A stretch of 24,342 nt of DNA from the NCBI GenBank assembly GCA_046598045.1, contig JBKJJJ010000195.1:1-24342 (forward strand). The letters are read 5' to 3'. Positions 17,965 through 24,342 of the stretch are shown piece by piece. Made by a program: the position numbers and the translations under genes. Source of the stretch: Candidatus Eiseniibacteriota bacterium (GTDB taxonomy: Bacteria > Eisenbacteria > RBG-16-71-46 > DASYSL01). The stretch's first letter is position 1; each line of letters begins with the position of its first letter. The notes below the pieces were generated by a model. That model did not search any database. It was not told the origin of the DNA and saw only the letters and a list, made by a program, of their open reading frames with translations.

Positions 17965-18915
17965 CTAGCCTTCTCCGTCCCCGAAGCCCGTTCGCCCACT
18001 CACCACGTAACGCGGCCGCCGCTTGACCTCGCGTGAGATCGCGCCCACGTATCCGCCGAGAATCCCGAGCAGGATGAACTGCACCGCGCTCGCCATGAGC
18101 GTGATCAGGATCTGCGACGACCAACCCTCGATCCCCTGGCGGAGCACGAGCCTAACGTAGAGCACGTACAACGCATAGATCAGAAAAAGCCCCAGGAACG
18201 CGGCCCCGATCACGTAGCCGAAGTACAGCGGCGCGAGCGAGAAGCTGAACAGCGACTCCGAGGCGAACGCCAGCATCTTGCGGAACGTGTACTTGGTCAC
18301 GCCCGCGAAGCGCTCGGCCGGCACGTACTCGATCTCGGCGGACGGGAACGACAGCTTGGCGAGCAGGAAGCGGATGGGCAGCGTCTCCTCCTTGTACTCG
18401 CGCACCAGCAGGATGACCCGGCGATCGATCCCCCGGAAGTCGGCCATGCCCGGGCGAATCGGGATCCCGGTGACGCCGCGGAAGACCAGGTAGTAGAGGC
18501 GCGAGCTGATGCTCTTGAGCAGGCCCTCGTGCGCGGTCTCCTTGCGCACGGTGTTGACCACGAGGGCCCCGGCCTTCCACTTCGCGATGATCCCGGGGAT
18601 CACCTCCGGAGGATGCTGCAGGTCGGCATCCATGGTGATCACGAGGTCGCCGTCGGCGTGGTCGATGCCTGCGATCAGGGCCTTCATGTGCCCGCTGTTG
18701 AGCAGGAGGTGAATGCCGCGCACGCGCGCATCGCGGGCGTGGAGCGCGTCGACCACCTGCCAGGTGCCGTCGTTGCTGCCGTCGTTGACGATGATCAGTT
18801 CCCACTCCGGCCCGGTGCCGAGGACGGTGCACAGGCGCTCGTACAGCGCGGGCAGCGAGGCCGCCTCGTTGTAGGCCGGGGTGACGATGGAGAGGCTCGG
18901 GCGCGACGGGTTCAT
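17965..18915 (-). CDS. GT2 GtrB/ArnC-like polyprenol-phosphate glycosyltransferase with two C-terminal TM helices
   Basis: ATG at 18915 overlaps the upstream stop (ATGA). SIVTPAYNE, VNDGSNDGT, MDADLQHPP, DFR, RFAGVTKY, GILGGYVGAI, KRRPRY. Confidence 0.92.
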   Translation of the reverse strand: MNPSRPSLSIVTPAYNEAASLPALYERLCTVLGTGPEWELIIVNDGSNDGTWQVVDALHARDARVRGIHLLLNSGHMKALIAGIDHADGDLVITMDADLQHPPEVIPGIIAKWKAGALVVNTVRKETAHEGLLKSISSRLYYLVFRGVTGIPIRPGMADFRGIDRRVILLVREYKEETLPIRFLLAKLSFPSAEIEYVPAERFAGVTKYTFRKMLAFASESLFSFSLAPLYFGYVIGAAFLGLFLIYALYVLYVRLVLRQGIEGWSSQILITLMASAVQFILLGILGGYVGAISREVKRRPRYVVSGRTGFGDGEG

Positions 18916-20357
18916 GGGGCCGGGATCTCCAGCGGACGGTGGAACACGAGGCGCTCGACCCAGATTCCAAGCGCGATGAACTGCCCGAACACGGCCGGCA
19001 CGAGCAATCGGGCGCCGAGCATGAACGGCAGGTGCGACAGTACGAGATACAGGTAGGGGATCGCGAGCAGGACCCCCCAGCGCCAGCGCTGCCGATCGAA
19101 CGCGATCAGCGCAAGACTCGACAGCAGCAGGCCAAAGCCGATGACGCCGAACAGCAGGCGGTCCCAGTAGGCGCTGAGCACCTCTCTCGGGTGGCGCACG
19201 ATCGCCTGGGTCGGGGACACGCCCCTGCGCAGGTAATCGTAAAAGCCGTGCCCGGCGAAGGCCGGGTTGTCGTAGCCCCAGTGGTAAAGCGGGAGGATCC
19301 CCAGGGGGATCCGTTGCACCGCGTTGCGCAGGATCAAGCCCGGATTCTCGCGGGCGATCGCGAGGTAGCGGCGGCGAAACCAGCGGTCTGCGCGCGGGTC
19401 GTCGATGCCCTCGAACCCGGCTCGCTTCGCCTGCCCTTCCATCACATCGTCGTCGAACACGATGCCGTAGGGGTTGGGAAACTGGCCGATTCCCTGGTAG
19501 AGCGCCATGCCGCCCGCGTGGGTCGTCACATTGAAAACTCCGTCCACTCTCCGGTTTCGAAGGCCCCAGGGCACCAGCACCAGGAATGCGCATGCGCCGA
19601 TCAACAGCGTGCTCCACAGCGCCGTGCGCCACGGCACGGTGACGAGCGCGCCGACCAGGAAGAACGAGGGCAGGAGCATGTAATCCGGGCGAAACAGGGA
19701 GGCAATGCCGATGCCGAGCCCCGTGGCCACGGACCATGCGATCCGGCGCGTGTCGAGAGCCCGCAGCCAGGCTGCGAAAATGACCAGCAGGAACGCGGGC
19801 ATCAGGGCATCCGCCACGCGCGAGGTGACGAGGTAGGCCAGCGGCGGGAAGAGCGCCGCGCACCACGCCGCGAAGAGCCCGACCCGCCTGCCGCCGAATC
19901 GACGGCCGACGAAGTACAGCAGCACGCACGCCGCCGAATCGATCAGGGCTTGCAGCGCCTTGACCCGGAGGAACAACGGCGGACCGCCCAGGCGGTAGAC
20001 CAAAGCCAGGAATGCGGCATACCCCGGTGGGTGGAGCGAACTCGGCCGCCAGCGCGCCGGGTCCATCGCGGGGACCCGGGCGGGGGAGAGCCTTTGCCCG
20101 GTTCGCCCGAGACTGTCGGCCAGGGCGATCAACTCCACCTGGGGCGGGCCCACGTTGGCCGGGCTGACGAAGCCGTAGCCGGCCACGATGGCGTACGCAT
20201 CGCGCTCGTAGCGATAGGCGAGGCCCTCCATTTCACCCCGTCCAGACGCCCATACGCCGATTCCCGACCGCAGCACGAGCCCGGCCAGGAATACGGCCAG
20301 CAGGACGCCACGTGGCGTGGTTGAGTTGCGAGAGGGAACGGGTCGGGGCGTGCTCAA
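18912..20357 (-). CDS. ArnT/PMT-like (GT-C) membrane glycosyltransferase (start uncertain)
   Basis: In frame with ORF 18912..20480. HPPGYAAFLA, LQAL, SLFRPD, PWGLRN, ARLLVP. TTG 20357 is preferred because the 20480 start lies inside the promoter/operator motif. Confidence 0.78.
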   Translation of the reverse strand: MSTPRPVPSRNSTTPRGVLLAVFLAGLVLRSGIGVWASGRGEMEGLAYRYERDAYAIVAGYGFVSPANVGPPQVELIALADSLGRTGQRLSPARVPAMDPARWRPSSLHPPGYAAFLALVYRLGGPPLFLRVKALQALIDSAACVLLYFVGRRFGGRRVGLFAAWCAALFPPLAYLVTSRVADALMPAFLLVIFAAWLRALDTRRIAWSVATGLGIGIASLFRPDYMLLPSFFLVGALVTVPWRTALWSTLLIGACAFLVLVPWGLRNRRVDGVFNVTTHAGGMALYQGIGQFPNPYGIVFDDDVMEGQAKRAGFEGIDDPRADRWFRRRYLAIARENPGLILRNAVQRIPLGILPLYHWGYDNPAFAGHGFYDYLRRGVSPTQAIVRHPREVLSAYWDRLLFGVIGFGLLLSSLALIAFDRQRWRWGVLLAIPYLYLVLSHLPFMLGARLLVPAVFGQFIALGIWVERLVFHRPLEIPAP

Positions 20358-20450
20358 GTCCCTGTGGGGGTGGAGGGTGATCGCGTGTGAGGAAAGCGAA
20401 AGGTCCGGTGCGCTCGGGGCGGGGCTGGAAGCGGCTCCGCGACGCCCACG

Positions 20451-20480
20451 AGCGTAGCAGAATTCGAGGCATCGGGCCAA
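20451..20480 (-). promoter_or_regulatory. Putative sigma70-type promoter (extended -10) for the leftward GT-C/GT2/methyltransferase block
   Basis: Minus strand reads TTGGCC-N18-TACGCT with TGn before the -10. Confidence 0.45.
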
Positions 20481-20510
20481 GCGTAATTGTAGGCGACAAT
20501 ATCACTTAGG
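20478..20510. promoter_or_regulatory. Conserved 33-bp operator-like motif, copy 2
   Basis: CAAGCGTAATTGtaggcgaCAAtatcACTTAGG; contains the inverted repeat ATTGT-N5-ACAAT. Confidence 0.65.
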
Positions 20511-20598
20511 GACTGCGCGAAGGATCGCTGTGCGGGTTTTCGAGCGGGCGCCCGCGCGACGCTTTCGGGATTTCGGATCGGAGCGACTCGAAGGATGC

Positions 20599-20627
20599 TT
20601 GACCCCTGCGAACCCGGGTGCTAAAGT
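20599..20627 (+). promoter_or_regulatory. Putative sigma70-type promoter for the sugar transferase operon
   Basis: TTGACC-N17-TAAAGT with extended -10 TG at 20619-20620. Confidence 0.6.
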
Positions 20628-20951
20628 CGTTCGCACGTGTGTTGGAGGTGCCTGGTCGCGGTACCGTAGAAGGGACGGGCCGCGGGTCTTCAAGGGATTG
20701 ACGGGTATCAAATCGTTTAAGCCCTTCTTAACCGCGTAACGGGCCTTTGGCCCGGTCACCGTCTGCGTTCAGCTAGGCCCGAGCCTCATTCGAAGCCTTC
20801 AAATGAAGCCTTCTCGCTGAGACCTCGGGAAATAGTCGAGTAGTCGTTCCCCCACGACTCGAGACTCGCGCATCCCTGCCCGCAAGGGCGGGACCGCCTT
20901 GCGCCGGCTCCGGGATCTTGGGCGATTCCAACCTTCGACGCCTTGTACGCG

Positions 20952-22118
20952 ATGGAGCCCGTTATCGTGTCCCCCGCATCGGGCAACAATCTGGCAACCG
21001 GGGAGAGCATTTCCACCCGGTCTGAGGTAGAATCGATGGTGTCGGCGCTGCACTCGGCCGACCCATTCGAATCACTCGACGCGCCCGAAGATGAGGGCGC
21101 GACGTCGCAGATCGAGATTTCGGGACTTCGCGGCCACGCCCTCGGCCCATTGAACGGACATTCCCTGCAGGTCGTTGAGGCGCTTACGAACGGCTCGGCT
21201 TCCATCACGGTCCACGCGAACGGTTCGAACGGAACCGCCCACGCGAACGGACATGCGCACGCCAACGGTCATGCGGCCGCGGGCAACGGCGTTGCGCGTA
21301 ATGGCCACTCCAATGGACACAGCAACGGGCACTCCAACGGGCACTCCAACGGGCACGCCAATGGCGTGCACCGGGAGCCCGCGCGCCTCGACCTGGCCCG
21401 GCTCGCCGGCGCCGCCACGATCGTCTCCGTCGCCGCGCCGGCTTACATGCCGTCGGCCGCGAACGGGTCCGCGCACGCGATTCCCACGCCGCTCGCCCCG
21501 GCCCTCCAGCCCGGGCTCTACACGCGCATGGGCAAGCGCGCGCTCGATCTCCTGGGCGCGTCGGTCGCGCTCGTGTTCTTCTCTCCCGTCATCCTCCTGG
21601 CTGCGCTCGCGGTCAGGATCGACTCGCGCGGCGCCGCGCTCTACAAGAGCAAGCGCCTCGGCAAGAACGGCCGCGAGTTCACGTTCTACAAGCTGCGCTC
21701 GATGCACACCGGCGCCGAGGCCGAGCGCGCCCGCCTGATGCACCTCAACGAGGTCGACGGCCCCGTGTTCAAGCTGCGCCGCGATCCGCGCGTCACGCGC
21801 GTCGGCCAATTCATGCGCTCGACGTCGATCGACGAGCTGCCGCAGATCTTCAACGTGCTCAAGGGCGACATGAGCCTCGTCGGCCCGCGTCCGCCGCTGC
21901 CCGAGGAGGCCGAGAAGTACGAGGCCTGGCAGCGCCGCCGTCTCGACGTCAAGCCGGGCATCACGTGCCTGTGGCAGATCTCGGGCCGCAGCCGGCTCGG
22001 CTTCGACGAGTGGATGCGGCTTGACCTCGAGTACATCCGTCGTCAGTCTCTCGCCACGGATCTGCACATTCTGCTGCGCACGATCCCGGCGGTCCTCTCG
22101 CGCGAGGGCGCCTACTAG
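20952..22118 (+). CDS. Initiating sugar-phosphate transferase (Bac_transf/monotopic PGT domain) with a low-complexity N-terminal extension
   Basis: [67 protein letters not shown]. Start uncertain (TTG 20943, ATG 20952 or later). Confidence 0.92.
   Translation: MEPVIVSPASGNNLATGESISTRSEVESMVSALHSADPFESLDAPEDEGATSQIEISGLRGHALGPLNGHSLQVVEALTNGSASITVHANGSNGTAHANGHAHANGHAAAGNGVARNGHSNGHSNGHSNGHSNGHANGVHREPARLDLARLAGAATIVSVAAPAYMPSAANGSAHAIPTPLAPALQPGLYTRMGKRALDLLGASVALVFFSPVILLAALAVRIDSRGAALYKSKRLGKNGREFTFYKLRSMHTGAEAERARLMHLNEVDGPVFKLRRDPRVTRVGQFMRSTSIDELPQIFNVLKGDMSLVGPRPPLPEEAEKYEAWQRRRLDVKPGITCLWQISGRSRLGFDEWMRLDLEYIRRQSLATDLHILLRTIPAVLSREGAY
21300..21365 (+). repeat. In-frame 12-bp tandem repeat encoding (NGHS)4-NGHA-NG
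   Basis: aatggccactcc aatggacacagc aacgggcactcc aacgggcactcc aacgggcacgcc aatggc. Confidence 0.9.
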
Positions 22119-22178
22119 GGCACCGCCTCGCCGGGGTACACCCCGCGGGCTCAGCGCCCGCGAGCGAGAGACGGCCGC

Positions 22179-23723
22179 TTGGTTCGACACGCTTCCGCCC
22201 ACGACGCCCCGCTCGCCGGGTCCCAGCTCTGGGGCCTGGCGCTCGCTGTTCTCGCCGCGCTCGCCCTGCGCCTGTTCCACCTCGGCCACCAGAGCTTGTG
22301 GGTGGACGAGATCTTCACCTGGAAGGCGGCGATCCCGCACGGCCCCTACGGCTGGGCCGATCTCCTCGACGACACCCACGGACCGCTGGTCAGCGCGTGC
22401 ATGCACGCGTGGATCGCCGCGTTCGGCGACTCCGAGTTCGCGCTCCGCCTGCCGATGGCGCTCGCCACGACCGCGCTCGTGCCCGCGGTCGCATTCCTCG
22501 CCCGACGCGCGGCGGGGGAACGCGCGTTCCTCGCCGCCGCCTGGCTCACCGCGCTCTCGCCGTTCGTCACCTGGTACGGACAGGAGTTCCGCAACTACGC
22601 GTTCGTCCTCCTGTGGGCGGCGCTCGCGCTCCACGCCACGCTCGCGTACCGCGCGAACGGGCGCGCGCTCGACCTCGCGAAGCTCGTGCTGTGGAGCGCG
22701 CTCGGGATCCTCTCGAACCTCAACGGCCTGTTGCTGCTCCCGGTGACGTTCGGGGTGCTGCTGCTCGCGCCGCCGCGTGGGCGGCCCCGCCTGGCGCCGC
22801 TCGCGCTCGCGCTCGGGGCGCTCCTGCTCGTGCTCGCGCCGTGGATCCTGCATTACTTCGGGGTGCTCGAGATCCACCGGCTGGTCCCGGGCCGCGTGGC
22901 ACTGCCCGCAGAGACGCCGCTGCGCGGCGAGACCACGTTCTCCTGGCCCGCGGTCCCGTTCACGTTCTACGTATTCTCGGTCGGCTATTCGCTCGGGCCC
23001 GGCCTGCGCGCGCTGCACGAGCAGTCCGCGCTGCACGCGATCGCGCCCCACCTGCCCGTGATCGTGCTCACGGGCCTCCTGTTCGGCGCGCTCGCGCTCA
23101 CCGGCTTCGCCGCGCTCGGGCGGAGGCGCTTCGCGCGCGTATTGCTCGCGGGCGCGATCCTGTTCCCGCTCTTTTGCGTGACCTATTTCGCGGTGATGAA
23201 CTTCAAGCCCTACAACCCGCGCTACCTCGCGATCGGGCTGCCCGCGTGGTTCGTGCTGCTTGCGGCCGGCTTCGCGGCGTGGTCGCGTCCGGTGCGCGTG
23301 CTCGCGGGGGCGCTCGTGCTCGCGCTCTTCGGGGTGTCGCTGGTCCAGCACTACGGCCACGCCGAATATGCGAAGGAGGACTTCCGCAGCGCGACGCGCG
23401 CGCTCGCCGCGCGGATCGCGCCGGGGGACTCGCTCGTGCTCGCCGGGGGCTGCTCGCCGCTCGACTACTACCGCCGGATCCTGCCCGCGGGCGCGCCACG
23501 GGGCCGGACCTTCTGGCTGGGCTACGCGGACGACGGGCGCATGGCGGAGAAGTTCGCGCCGCTGGTCCACCGGTCGGGGGGCGCAACCTGGATCGTGGTC
23601 TCCCGGCCCGAGGACCTGGACCGGGAAGGGCGGTTCGAGCCGTGGCTTTTGACGACCTACCGCCCGGAGGTGCAGCGGTTCACGGGCTTGCGGTTGTACC
23701 GGATCGCGGCGGGGGCCCCGTAG
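22179..23723 (+). CDS. ArnT/PMT-like (GT-C, family 39-like) membrane glycosyltransferase
   Basis: LRLFHLGHQSLWVDE first-loop motif, HGPL, GDSEFALRLP, LSPF.W..QEFRNY, NPRYL, KEDFR. Confidence 0.88.
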   Translation: MVRHASAHDAPLAGSQLWGLALAVLAALALRLFHLGHQSLWVDEIFTWKAAIPHGPYGWADLLDDTHGPLVSACMHAWIAAFGDSEFALRLPMALATTALVPAVAFLARRAAGERAFLAAAWLTALSPFVTWYGQEFRNYAFVLLWAALALHATLAYRANGRALDLAKLVLWSALGILSNLNGLLLLPVTFGVLLLAPPRGRPRLAPLALALGALLLVLAPWILHYFGVLEIHRLVPGRVALPAETPLRGETTFSWPAVPFTFYVFSVGYSLGPGLRALHEQSALHAIAPHLPVIVLTGLLFGALALTGFAALGRRRFARVLLAGAILFPLFCVTYFAVMNFKPYNPRYLAIGLPAWFVLLAAGFAAWSRPVRVLAGALVLALFGVSLVQHYGHAEYAKEDFRSATRALAARIAPGDSLVLAGGCSPLDYYRRILPAGAPRGRTFWLGYADDGRMAEKFAPLVHRSGGATWIVVSRPEDLDREGRFEPWLLTTYRPEVQRFTGLRLYRIAAGAP

Positions 23724-23846
23724 CCTCGGATTCCGGCCACGGGGGCCATCTGCAATTGTGGCCTCCGTACCGATTTGTTAACTTAACCGCTTGATGTGCC
23801 GACAATTGACACGAGTCAGGCCGGTCCTGGATCGGCCGTTCGCGAA

Positions 23847-24342
23847 GTGACGAGCGGGTTGGGGTGGACGCTCCAGCGCCTGCGCTCGATGAGCCCGGCC
23901 GAGCTCGCCTGGCGGGTGGGTCAGCGTGCGCGACTTGCATGGTGGTCCCGGCGCGCGGGCGTGCCCGTGCCGGCGCTGCCGCGCCCGGCCGCGGGCTTTC
24001 GTGACGCGTTCGTCGCCGCGAGCGCGCCGCTCGCGCCCGCGGCCTCGCGCGAGGGGTTCGCTGCCGCGCTCGAGGCCGCGATTCCGGGGGAGAGTGCGCG
24101 GGTGGTGGCGCGCGCCAGGGCGATCCAGGCCGGCCGCGTGGAATTGTTCGCGCGCACGCACGAGTTCGGTCCCGACCCGGCGCGCTGGCCGTGGAACCGG
24201 AGCCCGGAGGGCGGGCCCGAGGCCGGGTTCGCGTTCGGACCGACGCTCGATTACCGCGACCCCGCGCGCGTCGGCGATGCCCGGCTGGCGTGGGAACTGG
24301 GTCGGCACGGATTCCTCGTGCCGGTCGCCCAGGCGGGGTACC
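23847..24342 (+). CDS. Heparinase II/III-family protein, N-terminal part (3' truncated; absent from the ORF track)
   Basis: The frame from GTG 23847 is open to the window end: MTSGLGWTLQRLRSMSPAELAWR...LDYRDPARVGDARLAWELGRHGFL. RLRSMSPAE and GD...WEL.R are typical of polysaccharide-locus heparinase-like proteins. Confidence 0.75.
   Translation, partial: MTSGLGWTLQRLRSMSPAELAWRVGQRARLAWWSRRAGVPVPALPRPAAGFRDAFVAASAPLAPAASREGFAAALEAAIPGESARVVARARAIQAGRVELFARTHEFGPDPARWPWNRSPEGGPEAGFAFGPTLDYRDPARVGDARLAWELGRHGFLVPVAQAGY

Noticed and set aside
19991..19998. GGCGGTAG ops-like octamer
   Set aside because: It lies inside a minus-strand CDS on the antisense strand, not in an operon leader.
16015..20510. 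The two 33-bp motifs as recombination sites (dif/att/invertible-segment ends) flanking a 4.5-kb cassette
   Set aside because: The internal spacers differ, there is no recombinase in the window and no match to the dif consensus. The fixed register with -35 boxes favours an operator.
20630..20950. Known riboswitch or tRNA in the long intergenic region
   Set aside because: No cloverleaf or T-loop, and no recognisable c-di-GMP, SAM, TPP or cobalamin consensus by eye. An Rfam scan is needed to exclude it formally.
21300..21365. Tandem repeat as CRISPR array or phase-variation tract
   Set aside because: There are no spacers, and the 12-bp unit is in frame, so slippage changes length but not frame.
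21072..23570. 832-aa minus-strand ORF, and similar long shadow ORFs (13580..15949 +, 7373..9910 -, 6901..9423 +, 4186..5964 -)
   Set aside because: They are Arg/Ala/Gly/Pro-rich with no recognisable motifs and overlap clear genes. Stop-poor alternative frames are expected in high-GC DNA.
23779..23805. Sigma28-like promoter TAAC-N15-GCCGACAA
   Set aside because: It has two mismatches to TAAA-N15-GCCGATAA, the spacing is not reproduced at the other motif copies, and there is no flagellar context. Not excluded, but unsupported.

Overview
High-GC bacterial window that is entirely a cell-surface glycan biosynthesis and modification locus: 21 CDS (two truncated by the window edges) in five transcription blocks. 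(i) + strand, <1-8911: CapK/phenylacetate-CoA-ligase-like C-terminus, bi-domain MDR+Gfo/Idh/MocA oxidoreductase, AsnB-type amidotransferase, GT4, and two polytopic GT-C-like membrane proteins. (ii) - strand, 15910-8893: DPM1-like GT2, Wzy/WaaL-like protein, FemAB-like protein, hexapeptide acyltransferase, DPM1-like GT2, polysaccharide deacetylase, DUF2304 protein, wecB. (iii) + strand SAM methyltransferase. (iv) - strand GT-C, GtrB-like GT2 and a second methyltransferase. (v) + strand initiating sugar-phosphate transferase with an Asn-Gly-His repeat N-terminus, a GT-C, and the start of a heparinase II/III-family gene missing from the ORF track. Many junctions are 4-bp ATGA/GTGA/TTGA overlaps, which fix starts that the ORF track over-extends. 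Most notable: a 33-bp motif (CAAGCGTAATTG-N7-CAA-N4-ACTTAGG) in both divergent intergenic regions, each overlapping the -35 of a leftward sigma70-like promoter; three polyprenol-phosphate-sugar synthase-like GT2s with four GT-C-like transferases; a GT2-deacetylase-DUF2304-wecB cassette suggesting a deacetylated lipid-linked amino-sugar donor; and a long, hairpin-rich leader before the initiating transferase. No RNA genes, CRISPR or mobile elements were seen. All family calls come from motif recognition by eye, not database searches.
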